DNA of 64,000 nt, taken from Paraspadella gotoi. Taxonomy: Eukaryota > Animalia > Chaetognatha. Positions 22,110 to 35,742 of the stretch are shown piece after piece. The stretch is from positions 6,378,188 through 6,442,187 of the forward strand of contig CM119271.1 in NCBI GenBank assembly GCA_051294375.1, written 5' to 3'. The notes under the pieces are model-generated. The model was not told where the DNA came from. It saw only the letters and a list, made by a program, of their open reading frames with translations, and did not search any database. Each line of letters begins with the position of its first letter. The first letter of the stretch is position 1. A program made the position numbers and the translations under genes.

Positions 22110-23500
22110 ATGCCTCTTACTATATACGGTCATGCCTGCAGCGCCTTGATCATTTCTATCGTTGCCTTTAATCTTGTCGGACTTTACTTTATTTTGAGCA
22201 AACGCGGACAACAGGTACTAGCGATAGAAAGATAGAAATATTTTCCACTTCATTGATAGGGAAGCCAGGTACTCTGGGAGTGAATAAACGAGACTGTGAG
22301 AGAGTCTTGATTGAAAGCTTGCAGGGACCTGCTATATCATTATCTTGTAAGAGTGATGGAGGCCTTAAACCACCAAAGCCTGTCCAAAGTCAGGGGCAAG
22401 ATGGCTTATTTATTAAATGAATGGATAATTTTTATATTGGTTGTACCAATTTCATAAAAGAAGTATCTGGCATAAACTCACTATTTTCCATAGTTTGACG
22501 TCGCGTGGTTTCTGCACGAAGTGTCTCCCTATTTCTTTGCGTGTCTCGGCGTTTCCTTCTCCATCTTCCTTTCGGTTTTCGGCGCTGCCGCGGGAATCTA
22601 CACCATTGGCGCCAGCATCATGGGCGGTGGCGTGAAAGCGCCGAGAATCAAGACGAAAAATTTGATCAGTATTATTTTCTGCGAAGCCGTCGCCATTTAC
22701 GGAATTATCCTCGCCATCGTCATGGGCACTATGATCAAGGATCTTGAGTAATCTTTTTGAAGGGGGTGTTGCTTTTTTTGTCAATATTTTTAATTGTCCA
22801 CTTTCATTATTTACTGAGAGAAAAAGTGAGAGATCGAGTGAGATTGAGAAAAAGCTATTAAATCTAATTAAATACATGTCTGGCGGTATATTCACACCGC
22901 CTCACCGGCTTCATTTTGGCTCAGAAGGGGTACGCACCATCCCTAGCGTTGCGTTCCATCCAGTCTTCCCTCTGTGTTGGCAAAGCGAGACCGTCCTTGG
23001 GTAACCGCGCCAGTGACAGGTGGTTTTACTGAGGGTCGGAAGCCCCCAAAGCCAACTGAGATGCCACATCCCAAAGGAAATCACAGGCAACCCGGCTGTT
23101 GCCATACATGTATAATAAGTTAAAAACGGTGAAACCTGTTACTTTTCTGATAATCTAATGTATTTAAACATTCAGTCGAAAAACCGCAACACCAGAAAAA
23201 ATAAATGCCAACTATTACTCCGGTTTCGCAATCTTGGGTGGCGGGCTAACGGTCGGCATCTGCAATTTGGTCTGTGGAATTTCTGTGGGTATTGTCGGAT
23301 CCGGCGCGGCGCTTGCCGATGCTCAGGTTAATTTAAAATGAGCTAATGACAGGCGTTGATGAAATCAATACAATGGTTTTATCTCACAGGATGGTTCTTT
23401 GTTCGTCAAAATGATCGTCGTTGAAATCTTTGCATCAGTCATTGGGCTTTTCGGAATTATCGTAGCCCTCATTCAAATTTCTAAAGCTAAAATGGGATAG
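22110..23500 (+). CDS. ATP6V0B: V-type ATPase 21-kDa proteolipid subunit c'', 4 exons (22110-22214, 22494-22747, 23176-23326, 23390-23500), 206 aa
   Basis: [45 protein letters not shown] (essential Glu), [50 protein letters not shown]; the extra N-terminal TM helix is typical of c''. Confidence 0.96.
22235..22455 (-). repeat. Near-complete copy of the 240-bp repeat family filling most of ATP6V0B intron 1
   Basis: Reverse complement aligns closely with 10743-10960. Confidence 0.85.
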
Positions 23501-24135
23501 TGAGAATTAATATTTCTTATTTCTGTATTGAACAATTTTATATTTCGAATACAATAATTTCCTGTTTACGGTCCGAAATGATTTTTGTCATTTACTGATT
23601 TTAGGGTTTCGGATATCAGCATTTAAAGAAATTAATCTCGTAAAAGTTAAGGCAGTCCTGCTCTCAATTTTTTGTATTCCGCCCGTTTGGGATCTCGACC
23701 CCCTTTTTCCCGTCCAATCTGTAGATTCTCGCCCCCAACCCCCCCCCCACCAGTTTCCAATTCCCCATTTATTCCACGTCATCCTTCGGCGTGTCATTAC
23801 GCCGAAGGCCACAACAGGTTGAAGTCGTCCCACGGTCCTAGTCACGCGTGCCGCATAACGAAATGACGGCCGAGGAAGAGAGGAAAAACCCGCTTTAATA
23901 TTGGAATTTTAAAATACAGACGGTGCCATCTTTTTGAAAAAGAAAAAAAACTTAGGGTTAGGAAAAATGCGGAACAAACTTATTTTTATTTATGCACTAG
24001 AATTCGTTTGTTCCATGGTATGCGGAAGCCTGAGACTGGCCTGATTGTAGCGGATTTGATGGTTTCCTACGTCCTACGTCCTACGGCCTTTTCATCCTAC
24101 CCGTTTTCCTATCCTCTCATTCCCTTCTAATTCTA

Positions 24136-25099
24136 TCAGCCGCTCCCTCTTCGTCTATCAACCGCTGCTGCGGGTTTGGCCTCGACGATGCGCGCCGGGA
24201 AGTTTCGACGCGGTCGGAATCGGCCGGCGCGGCGCGACCGGCCGTCCTTCCTCGCCGACGTTGATGACGCCCTCCCCCGCGCGGGGGGCTCCACTCTTCT
24301 CGAGGGCGACTTCGACGAGCGACCTTCCCTCGGCGGAGGAGCCTTAATTGAGTTGGGTGGCGCCGGTTTTCTCGGGGTTACGGCACCGACGCTTCTAATT
24401 TAAAAAATAGAATAAACTATAAAGCTGGCGTGATGTTAAAATTTTTATTTTGTCCTTGCGCTGGATGGATTTCTTAGCAAAGCAAATGTTTGAATGTTAT
24501 GGGATAATTTAGAACTAATTGACTAATTGAGGAGTTCAGTTCATCCACTGATTTTGGTGACGTATTTGATATTCATGACGCATTTAGTGAATGTACCGTA
24601 TGTCATGCCTAGTTGCCTATGGCCTAATCCATTCGTACAATTGTATATTTTCTCTCGTTTTCAAAAGAGAGGGAGGGGCTTGATAGCGTAAGGGAAAATT
24701 ATTCCTTTTTTTTTTGGAGAAAGCGAAGTCACCTTTCGCTTAACCCCTTTCCTCATCATTTACTTGTTGTTGATCAATGACCTGTATTTGACCACATGGA
24801 AGGATGGAAGGCAATCGGAATGATATGAATAATTATAATACGAAGTCTTGTTATGAAATAATTTTTGATAATAGTTAACGTGTACCAATTTTACTGTTAA
24901 AGTCGGAAATTGAACGAGGCCCCAACATAACGGCGGATAAAACACTTCACCCTTTTGACTACCAGAAGTGGGCCCGACCGAAGTTTGCCTCTACGGTCGA
25001 CCTCCGTCCCTCGACTCGCGACCCCGCGCGGCAAGAAACCTGTCCCTTTCGTGACCTTGACCGGTTGACCACCACGAATTTCCGTCGTTGCTCTTTTTT
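24136..25099 (-). other. Candidate spliced minus-strand exons (25099-~24951 and 24394-24136) converging on ATP6V0B; coding status unclear
   Basis: Two GC-rich blocks, each preceded on the minus strand by a T-rich AG acceptor. The last block has an 85-codon R/S/P-rich frame ending TGA TAG, with AATAAA ~150 nt downstream. The phases do not join into a recognisable protein. Confidence 0.3.
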
Positions 25100-28000
25100 C
25101 TAAAAATAACAACGAAACAGTAAAATTCTTAATCAGTGATAATGTAATTCTAATTGTACAATGTACACCTACCGTGTGTTTATCTTTCCTTTAGAAAAAA
25201 AAAATATCCAACTCTCACCGGCTTTGGTCTCACGGGAAGTGGATTTTGAATGTTTGCGGAGGAGTTATGGCACGTCTGCCTCCATTTTTCCCTATTCTCC
25301 CCTCAGTTAAAGGTCATCCAACCCCTTTCAGTTTCCTCTTTTCTCTTCCGATCGGATCCGTTTTTCTATCCTCTTGCCATTTTAAAAATCCTCGTTTCTT
25401 TTCACGTATCGATATTTTTTTTTTTTGGTAGAATTTGTAACCTATTTTATAACAGTACCTAACGTCCAACTTGAGAGTATATGCTAATCAGCCTACTAGT
25501 AAGCATGGATCCGCGGATCATTTCACAGCTGGTTGGGCTTCGGATTCTCTGCGGCCGCAAGAGGGAGCGTTTTGATAGAAAAGAATTAGCACGATCATGT
25601 GTGGAAGAGGTTATAGTTTAAGAAAGTGCTCTCTTTTTTTATTCACCGGTACCGGAAGATCAATCTTGCAGTAAAATTAAAAGCAAAACAGTTCATCCTA
25701 AGTTAATTTTTAAAACAGAAACGCCACACTTTTTATGGGTTCTTTGGTGACAACGACAACAAGAACAACCTTAACGACTGTTGAACTTACCTAAATCGTG
25801 ACCTTCGAGTACGACTGAAGGTCAAATAGTTAACCGACCACTTGATTCGTTTTGACTCTTATTGTTATTTTTACTATTGTCTTTTCTCTTTTTGATATCG
25901 TCGTTTTTCTCTCTGAAAATTATTTTGATCATGACATATTCAATATATATGATATTGTAAATATATTCGTGAAACGTCTTCTTATTTTTTCTTCAAATTC
26001 TTACCAAGTCATTTACCAAAGTTCCTACTTTTTTCGTGAAGTTTCGATCATTCATTCTTTGTTCCTCTCTATTGTTCTTTTCTTCTTTTTCCAATTCTAA
26101 TGAAATTTAGTATTTACATAGGGCGATAAACGCTTCTTTTTCTTTCTTTATCTCTCTCTCTTCTCTCTCGTCTCTCTTCTCTCTCCTCTAATCTCTGCTC
26201 ACTCTGCCTCTCTTCTCATCTCTCTCTTCCTCTCGTGTTTCATCGCTTCGCCGGTTTTTGCTGCAAGTAGAAAATTCCATCGACGTCGGGAACCGGGGTC
26301 AAAAAAGGACAGAATGAGGATAAAACTGGAGAGTGAGGACAAGATCGGGAAATGTTGGGGATGGGTTGGGAAAATGACCTGTACAACTACTGCCGTGTTT
26401 AATAATAGGAGAGAATTAGAAAATTAAAAAAAAATTATTATGATGACTGTAGACAACTGGGTAGGACACAATGAAAAATAATGTGGCGAAAACGGGTTGT
26501 GCATATTTTGTCCTTTAAAATTGTTTCTGAGCCAAATTAATTGATCTAACTTTTGGTAATATGTGCGATATAGACTACTGGACATTACTGTATCTGATCA
26601 TAACCTTGACCATCAACAAAAAAGCTAACTAGATCAAAAATAGTAAAAAAGATGAAGCAATATAGCTCGAAACGCTTACAAAATTTTAGACCATTGCTTT
26701 ATAAATGCAAAAAATATTAATATTATAAAACAAAACTTTAACGATAACCTAATAGTTAACCGAGACCAAGATGAATATTTTTTACCCATCATTTCCTCAA
26801 TTTATATGAATCATTTGTTTGTAATTAGTCAATTAATCTAATAACAATATGACAAATTCATTTTCAATTATCTTTATGAATGGGAAGTTTTCTCTGCTTA
26901 CTCCCCTTGTGTCTAATTATTTAATATTTTAAAGATATTTTCAAAAACCTTATATAATTGCTCATTTTTTACTTTTTTTCAATTCTTCAAACCAAAACAA
27001 CATCATAAAACATTTTAAATTAATAAAAAAAAATTGATGAATGATTTTGGAAAAAAATATTTTGAAATTGAGAATAATGGATTCTGAGTCAGGAAAAAAA
27101 TTTTGCAATTCTAAAAAATCAGCCTCTAGCCTTTCGATTTTTCTAGAGGCTGATTTTATTTATTTTTGATATTTTGATTTTCTATGCAAAACCATTATTC
27201 TCAATGAGCATAGGTCGGATGAAATTTTTTTCCACAATTAGAAAAAAATTTCAACTTTTTTAATTAGGCTTTTTTGGGGAAATAAATAAATAAATATTAT
27301 TATGATGGGTACATCTGAAAGTGATATGTCTCTTAAATGACAAAAACATTTTCTTCAAGTTTTATTTTGAAATTTAAGTATTGTACCAATAGAAATAAGT
27401 AGAGATACTCCCGCTTTGCCGAAATTTTTATTTAACAAAGATTTGTACTGCGTAATTTAAAAAAAGTTATTTTTTAAATAACTTTTGAAAGAAAAGAGGT
27501 AGCAAGGTGGATGTGGTATCAAATTAAAGCCCTAATCATAGGACACCTTTCTAAAAGAGTTTTATTAAATTAAATCCATAAATCTTTACACAGCTTTTGT
27601 TTAAATCAGAGTTAATGTATAACAGTTTTTTGCTTTAAAAATTTTAATGAAGGCATATAAATTTTTTATTTTTCTTTGTATTTTGAAAAAGGAAAGACTG
27701 AATTACATTTTGTTATTATTAAATTTTTTTATTCCATAAAATTGCTTATATTTTTCAGTTAAAGTAAAAAACAAGCAAAAAATTTAGTTGTAGCTTGATA
27801 AAATGTATTTAAATTAAAAATGATAAATACAAAATGTTTTCAGCTTGATATAAACAGTCTGGACATCTACCTTCTTGTCTGTGAAAAAAAAATTGTCATT
27901 TTCATTATCTTTAACTGCAAACTAAAAGCTTGACACACTGCTTGTTTATCATAATAAAGTTGTAAAAAATTATATAGCTGTAACATATTTGACAAAGCAA

Positions 28001-31000
28001 AACATCATTGGGTTAAATTGTATTGATATTTTTTTTTTAAATATAGCAAGGAATTTAATTCTATTATTTATCATCCATTTTAATTAAGAAAAAAATATTC
28101 TCGTAATAGCCCATTAGAAAGGTTCATTGACTGACTTAATGATAAAATATTTAGATTTCTTTACTGCCTATTTCACAAGATATAAAAGGTCATGGTTATC
28201 ATGTCAATATGTCCAGATTATCTGTACCCTTTCTGCAACCTGCATTCCAAATTTTCTTTTTTTCCCTTTCAAATGTATTAAATAAAAAAAATTATTTGAG
28301 AGAACAATCGGTGTGGAGGATGCCATTGGTAAGCCTTAGTTACCCCACTTCCCGATCGAATTTTTAAATGAGGTTTTTTTCCATCTATTTGAACATAATT
28401 TAACTATTAGTACTATTATTTTTTTTTTTTTTCTATTAGAGATCTATGAATAAATATGAATAAGTAACTTTTTAAAAAAATTTATCATCTTTCACCCTAT
28501 ATTCAGTCATATCTAAAAAACAAAAAAAGATTTTGCATTGATATTTTGGATATCAACATATGAAACTATAACGTTTCAAAAAATAAAAAAAAAATATAAT
28601 AATATTGAACAGTGAATTTTTTTATGCAAACGGAACAGTAACGTTACGCCATTTTTCATTGTGTCGTAGACCGTAGACGAATTTGCGCGCTGTTATTTTT
28701 TCCCTTATTATTAATATTATGATTATTATTATTTTTTGCTTATTATTTTTAGCTTTTTGTTTATTAGCATGTGACTATAATTCTGGGTGCTGTCGAAAAA
28801 TTCGGATTGAATTCAAAGTTCTACAAATGAATGAAAAATAATAATAAATTTAATAATAATTTTTCTTTTTCCTGAACGTAGATTTAAGACTAATATTTTT
28901 TTCCCGTTATTTTATAGTCTTTTAAAGATTCATAGTTAAAAACAAAAGGTTGGACAAAAACCGCCATCTCACTTCTTTTCTCCGGAGATCTGGGAGGAAA
29001 AGTGAAAAAAAAAAGACAAATTTGTTTTTCCTGATTTTAAAATTATTAAACAACGAGAGAAATCTCGCGAGAGTTCCCTCTCATGTGGTTGTAGTACATT
29101 AATGCATAACAATGCACTCCCCCTTTCATTTGAACTATAAAACCCGATCCGAATTTTTCTCCCAAGACTAAAGGCTACGAACGGGAACTGGAACGTCAGT
29201 TGCCGGCCATTTCACGTCCCTTCAAAGCGACGCCTCCTCGTGTCAACAAACACCATCCTTGTTTAACGTCGGGGTAGTGTTATTCTGCAATAGTGGTCCG
29301 AGGGTGGAGGTGGAATGATCAGTCGAGGATCCATGAGGTGGAAGGAGTTTTATCTGTGGGAGTTTGTACCCGTAGGGGTGGTGCCGACGTCAGTGGGGGA
29401 CTGCTCTCGGGAGAATGCTTGTGAATCGTGGGTTTGGGGCGAGGCGTTGGAAAAAAGAAGAATCCCGCGAGATCAAGAGAGAGAGAGAGAGAGACCTTGA
29501 AGCTAAAAAAAAGTAAATGTGAGGAAATTCAAGGGAATCACACGACAATTTGTTTAATGTTCCTTTTTCTCACACGAAGTTTAAACGAGTCATGGATAGT
29601 CAATGACAATCTGGAACGGGTGTCGTTCTCCTAGAAAGAGAGATACTATAGTTTTAATGTCAAGATTGCTTTGTCTACGTTATGTCAATATGTGTGTATA
29701 GAAGACGCAGACAAATGCTCGAACCTATAATTTCTTTAAGATAGTTTGCTGGAGCCAACCAGAGGTCTATGTCATGATTAACATGGTTATTTTGACCTAG
29801 TTTGTCATGTGACGTTCAGTTTTGTTTGCGGAATTTATGTAAAACAGGAAAACCAAATTCTCAAATTCACTTTATGAATTAGGTGTGTCGTCATAGAGAT
29901 AGTGGTTTTAATCATAAATGACGTTATCTAAAATTGCACTCGTAACCGTAACGCCTTCCCTTCCTAATTATGGTGATTATTCATGCAAATTTATTTTACC
30001 TTCCCGCTTCCGTATCTTTTGATTTCTTCGCTTTTTCATACATATACTACGCTTTACGGAAAACAATAATTACTCGACCATTCTAACTTTATTAACGCGT
30101 TATGTTGCTACATTGGCGTTGGCGCCGCCATGTTTCAACTCAGAGAGAGAGAGAGAGAGGTATTGTGTATGTCTGGGTTTGAAAAAAAAAGGGAATAATA
30201 CAAACTGAAAAAAAAATCGAGTTTCAAAGAGTGAATCGTTCCTCTTCGATTTCTTTTGCGCCGACATAAAAATTGACAAAGACAAAAGAACCCAAAAAAG
30301 CGGAGGTTTAGAGGGAAACAATTTTTCAATATTAAAAGAATATTTAATGCAATGAGAATAAAACAGAACGAGTAATTTTGCAATTTTCATAAAAAATAGA
30401 AAAAAATATACAAGATTCAACTCAATGGATTGGGCCGTTTCTAAACATGGAGATGGAAATAAAACTGATAAAGTGTGATATGCGATAAAATTAATGAATG
30501 AGTCGTTGGCGGGAACAATCGAGCCATAAAGTAACGCGTAAGAAAATTCGAGGAGAAAGAGAGAGAGGCCAAAAGTGAAAAAAAAAAAAAGGAAAAGAGA
30601 CTGCGGGTGTTAACTCCGTGAGAAGAATCTTTTTCTCCGAGGCGTTTCCCTTTCATCTCATTTCCTGCCCTTTTCCTCTTCGCTTTAAAGCCTTAGGATA
30701 CTTTTTTTTATTTCTTTTCTTCCTCTTTTTTCTTCTCTCTCTCACGCGATATCCCACGGAATGAAGTCATTATTTTTCTCTATCTTTCACCCCCTCCCGA
30801 TGTTTCTCCGGCTAGGTGGCTTTACTCTCTCACTTTCTCTCTCCCTTTCCCTCTTCACACACCTTCATCCGAGGGCGTTATATCCTCGCGTCTTCGACCG
30901 ACAAATCGAGAACGAGAATGAGAATTCGATTAAAATTTCAATCTCGAACAAATGCCTTCCTTCTCTCGTTGGGTGGAAACCGGAAGGGGAGAACAAAATG

Positions 31001-31120
31001 GCGGAAGAGTAGAAATGAACGGGAAAAAAAGAGCTGTGGCGATTGTAGCATATTATACTATTTATATAATAAGACAAAAGAACAACCTAAGTCAGTAAAT
31101 GGAATATCAATACACTACAA

Positions 31121-31192
31121 GACGCTGTGGCGACTTTGGTTGAGGCTAAGAACGTGATTATAAAGTCGCGGGATCGAATCTCGTTGGTGACC
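31121..31192 (+). mobile_element. tRNA-derived SINE-like head
   Basis: A-box-like tggcgactttgg and B-box-like ggatcgaatc at tRNA spacing; no proper cloverleaf; shares aagtcgcggg(a/t)tc with 35556-35568. Confidence 0.4.
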
Positions 31193-31289
31193 CTCTTGGT
31201 TCGATCCTACAGAGCAAAAAAAAGTTGTATGTACTTACCAAAGAAAAGTAAATATATAGTTTACAAAGAATTTAATATTGCATATTAAA

Positions 31290-31460
31290 GATTAGGTCAG
31301 GGAAAGGGGTTAAGTTAGGGATTAGAAGAGCGGTTAGGTTAGGGATTTGGTTAGAGATTATCTTAAAGATTAGGATTTATGGAGGATAGGGATTCAGGTT
31401 AGGGTTAGGCATTAGGGTTAGGGATTGGATTAAGTATTTGATCAGAGTCTAGGGTGAAAT
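31290..31460 (+). repeat. Degenerate interstitial (TTAGGG)-like tract
   Basis: Repeated ttaggg/gttagg/attagg units, e.g. ggttagggttaggcattagggttaggg. Confidence 0.65.
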
Positions 31461-32356
31461 ATTTGGGTCAAAACTAGTGCCCGATAATTAATCGCATTGT
31501 GCAAAAGAATGACCGACGATCGTCAATCATATTAATAAGGAAGTAATGCGCTGAAATAGATTCTCTTAGGCCAAGAGGCAATCGAGTCTTTTTCATTTTA
31601 ATCGACAACTGCTCCTTGACATTTTCACTCCAATTGACTGAAATCGGTCAATTGTGTAAAAAGCCCCCCGACGCCACCGTCACCGACGCCTCCACATCAT
31701 CAATGAGCCAATGACGTCCCCAACGCCGTCACCGTCTTCGCTGCCAATTGAAACGTCGTCTTCCTTTTTAAATCGAGTTTATTGCGTTGAACTTTTCTTT
31801 CTGGAAAGAATAGAAAATTAAACGGAGGTAATTAATCGAAAACGAAAACGTAAGAGGTTGAGATCTTCATTCTTCAACTTTGAGCGTTTCATTAGATAAC
31901 GATGTATATTTAGCATTCGAGCAATCGAGCATGGTTTATAATGTATTTATATTTTCTAGTTGTTCTACTATTTAATAAATGTTTTAGAGTTATATTTTAT
32001 TGATTTCGCATCTGTATTTGTTTTAAAATAGCTTTTTTAAAATATAAATAAACAAACGACAACCATTCGAATCGATCTGAACGTCGACGCGATAAAATAG
32101 AAAACCTGAACGTGACGACGACGATAACGACGACAATAACGACGACGGAGATGGCGGGAATAACGATGACTCCGGGATAAAGTTAGTGGAATAAACGACG
32201 ACGACGATTACGAAAACGACGACGACGATGACGTCGGCTTGAGATGGCGCCAAATAAATTTCTGCGTGGAATCGTGAGTAGATGAGACGTACGGGCGGAG
32301 AAAGTGAAAGCGTGAGAGAGAGGGTAGGATAGAAAGAGAGAGAGAGAGATACAGAT

Positions 32357-32420
<64 letters not shown>

Positions 32421-32816
32421 AGAAAGGAAAGAAAGAGAGCGCGAGTGAGAGCTACTAAGTGACAAGCCCCAAAAAACTCAATTACTTTTTTCCCTTTTCG
32501 CCAGAGACAATCAGCGACTGGCCCAGTGGCCCACCTGGGGAAATATAAGCGTCGGTCGTGAAAAAGTTGGGAAAATGAAAAAAAACCCTTTAGGTTAACC
32601 GTTAAGCGAAATATGTATGCCAGAAAAAGTATGAGAAATTTTCTCTCTCTTTTATGTATATTTTATTTAAGTAACGAGGATAGATGATAAATTCAATAAT
32701 GATAATGATTATATTAATAATTATACATGCTCTTTGCAGCTGTTTGCCGTATTAGTTCCAATGAAAACGGTACTCTCTATCTGCGCATAAGTTACATATG
32801 TATAATTGTGTATTGT

Positions 32817-33030
32817 ATGAAATTGGAACAACCAATATAAAAATTATTCATTCATTTAATAAATAAGCTATCTTGCCCCTGACTTTGGACAGGTTTATGG
32901 CCTCCAAAACTCTTACAAGATAATGACATAGCAAGCTTTCAATCAAGACTCTCTCACAGTCTCGTTTATTCATCTAAGAGTAACCTGGCTTTCCTATCAA
33001 TGAAGTGGTATAATATTTCAAAAAATGTTT
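32817..33030 (+). repeat. Copy of the 240-bp repeat family
   Basis: Aligns to 10743-10970 with small deletions. Confidence 0.8.
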
Positions 33031-34418
33031 GACTAGTATTAGATCTATATTGTACTCCGCCCTAGCATGAAAATGATTTTCTTTATATCTGACTTTCTCC
33101 TTGCTTCCTTCCTCTAGATCATGGTTATTGGGTAACTTTTTTTGTAGTAATTATTTATAGTTTTTAGTAAATATATATAGTCGTAGGCACCGTTACGTTT
33201 CTTATGACGCTTCATATCTTAACTTGTACTAATATCTACCACAAGACTACCTCTTCCTTACTCACCATTATCTCTCCCACACTTCTGGATATTCACCCCT
33301 CTCCTTTGCCCCCCCCCTTTTCCTCGAAACCCAATCATGGTCCCAATTTTGGCGCGATTAACCGTCGACGTCGCGATGATTTATGGAGCCAAAAGCGAGC
33401 CGTGTTTCCATGGAGACGCCCTCTTCGAAAACGCGGCGCCCGTGGAAAAAAAAAAAACCTTCGGGTTAAACCGGCAGGGCGCGCGCGGGGCAAAAAAATT
33501 TTTTTCTTAAAACGCGCGGATTTGAAGTGGTGTTTTAAAATGAATTTTAAATTAAAATTAAGTTATAATTTGGTAATTTAAAGTCTGACTAGAACTGTTT
33601 GATCGGCAGACCGGGAAACTGAAAGTAAGAGAGAAAGAAAGAGAGAGAGTACACTCCGTCTACTCCAAAATAAGTAAAAGTATGAAATTCTTGGCTTTCA
33701 ATGATTTGGGCAATGGCGGCGGAGGCGGCGGCGGCGAAAGTTGCAAAAGAGAAACATTGGCAAAAGAAAGAAGAGAGAGAATTGGATAAAGAGAAAGTGG
33801 AGAATGAGGACGGAGAAAAAATCCGCTGACGTGGCGTGAATTGAAGTGAAGCGTGAATCGAAGATGACGGTGTTGACGACGGTGGCGCAAATGGAGGAGG
33901 TGGTTGGTGATGAAGATGGTAGGGATTCTGGTGAAGGTGTGGAATGAGATTGCCTTGATAGAGACGATGGTGATTGTTATGGTTTAAAAGAGACGGAGGC
34001 GTTAAATAAGAACTGTTGATAAGACTAAATGGGCTAAAGAATACGGTAATATTACTAACTTTGCCAGCAATGGAGGTTTTCCACGCCTCCAAAGCGGATT
34101 AGGGGCGTAGTCTCACGTCCCGTAGAGTTTAGATTGAACCCGCTATCAAATGGTAATGAACTTTACAATACGCGCTACATAGATACTAGAATTAAAAAAA
34201 AGTAAAATGGTGATTGTGGACGTGTTAGAATTTGAGGATAATGGTGTAGCCTTTGTGTGTGGGACTTGTGGGTGGATAATGGGGTAAAGAGTGAGGAGTG
34301 AGTCAGAATGCTCCCCATGTTGCCCAGTGGCACAAACTCCAATGAATGCCATTTGTGATTTCGCCAAAAGTCTTTTTATTTTGAGGAGAAAGGACTAGCG
34401 GGTGGCGGAAGGGAGGGA

Positions 34419-34455
<37 letters not shown>

Positions 34456-34832
34456 GAGAGAGAGAGGGAAGAAGGGAGGGAACTCAGAAAAAAATAAGGA
34501 GAAAAGGAGAAGAGGAACGAAGGGGGGGCTGTGAAAAAAATAAAAGAGATTACAGAGATACCTATAGAGAAGGAAAGAAAACAGTGAGAGAGAAAATGAA
34601 AGGCTTCGAGGCTTTAATGCGGCAGCGATAGAGAAATAGAGACAAGAAATATCTGGAAAGCGGAGAGAGGAACAGAAAGAGAAAAGAGAGAAAAAAGTTG
34701 GGTGTTAACGGGATCTCGAAAAAGCCCGACAGGATCGGGGAGAAAACGAAGGCGGGAAAAGAATTCCGGAACTTTGTGAAAATGCTGGGAGTGTTTTTTG
34801 TGGGGGGGGCAGAAGAAGATGAAATAGGATTT

Positions 34833-34915
<83 letters not shown>

Positions 34916-35529
34916 TTCAGTGGCTAAGCGAATTTGAGAACATTTTTTTTTTCAGTTTTCCCTTGTGTTATTAAGTTTCAACATGCGCGCGGGAAAAAAC
35001 AGAACTAAATCTAAAAACCAAAAAAAAAAACAAAAAAACAAACAAGTTATATTATGTATTATCTTGACCATAGCCTGTCAAAGTAAAAAAATAACGAAAC
35101 AAGATTTCCGGCACAACTGACAAAAACAACGACAACGGCATCGACGCCGGCTCCCAAGTCACGGATCGCCGACCGCCATTTTTTCGAGGCGCCTGAATTT
35201 CCATCTCCTCCATTTCCGGTTCGGTCATTGTCACGCCTTCAACCTTTGCCCTTTTTAACCTCGTGACTTTAAGTTAATTGCATTGCATTGCATTTCGTGT
35301 AATGTCACTTTTTGAACTATGAACATAATCTGAACGTAATCTGAACGTAATCTGAACATAATCTCTCTAACTCCATGATTCTTAATCTTATTCTCCGCTC
35401 TGTATTCCACCGTTAATAACAATTAACACTTTAAGCCTTACCACTCCATCTCGTGTCACTCCACCGTGTTTTGATGGCCACTTGTGAAGAAGACTACATT
35501 CGCCTCCCGTATTGTTTTTTCAAACTCAT

Positions 35530-35742
35530 TAGCTTGGACAGCTAAGCACTCGGGTAAGTCGCGGGTTCAAAACCCTCACGGTCACGCCTCACATTGAAGC
35601 CATAGTAAGGTGGATAGCCTAAAATTTCATACAGCCTCGCTACCCAACCGTAACGACGCCTCTCAAGTGTGATGGTACTAGCATTATTAGCACGCCCGTT
35701 TCATGTGGTGGTCAACTGTTGAGAGATACCTCACATCCCCTG
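35530..35742 (+). mobile_element. tRNA-SINE-like fragment
   Basis: B-box-like ggttcaaaacc at 35564-35574 followed by a mixed-composition body; head resembles 31121-31192. Confidence 0.35.

Noticed and set aside
24951-25099. Loose resemblance of minus-strand peptides to an FGF C-terminus
   Set aside because: No FGF core exons were found and the similarity is only a few residues.
26575-28220. Possible large degenerate DNA transposon bounded by weak inverted matches
   Set aside because: The inverted similarity (26575-26610 vs 28187-28217) is short and gapped; no target-site duplication or transposase.
35720-35742. GGATGTGAGG on the minus strand matching the start of vertebrate 7SK RNA
   Set aside because: The GATC motifs and the rest of 7SK are absent; it lies in a SINE-like fragment.
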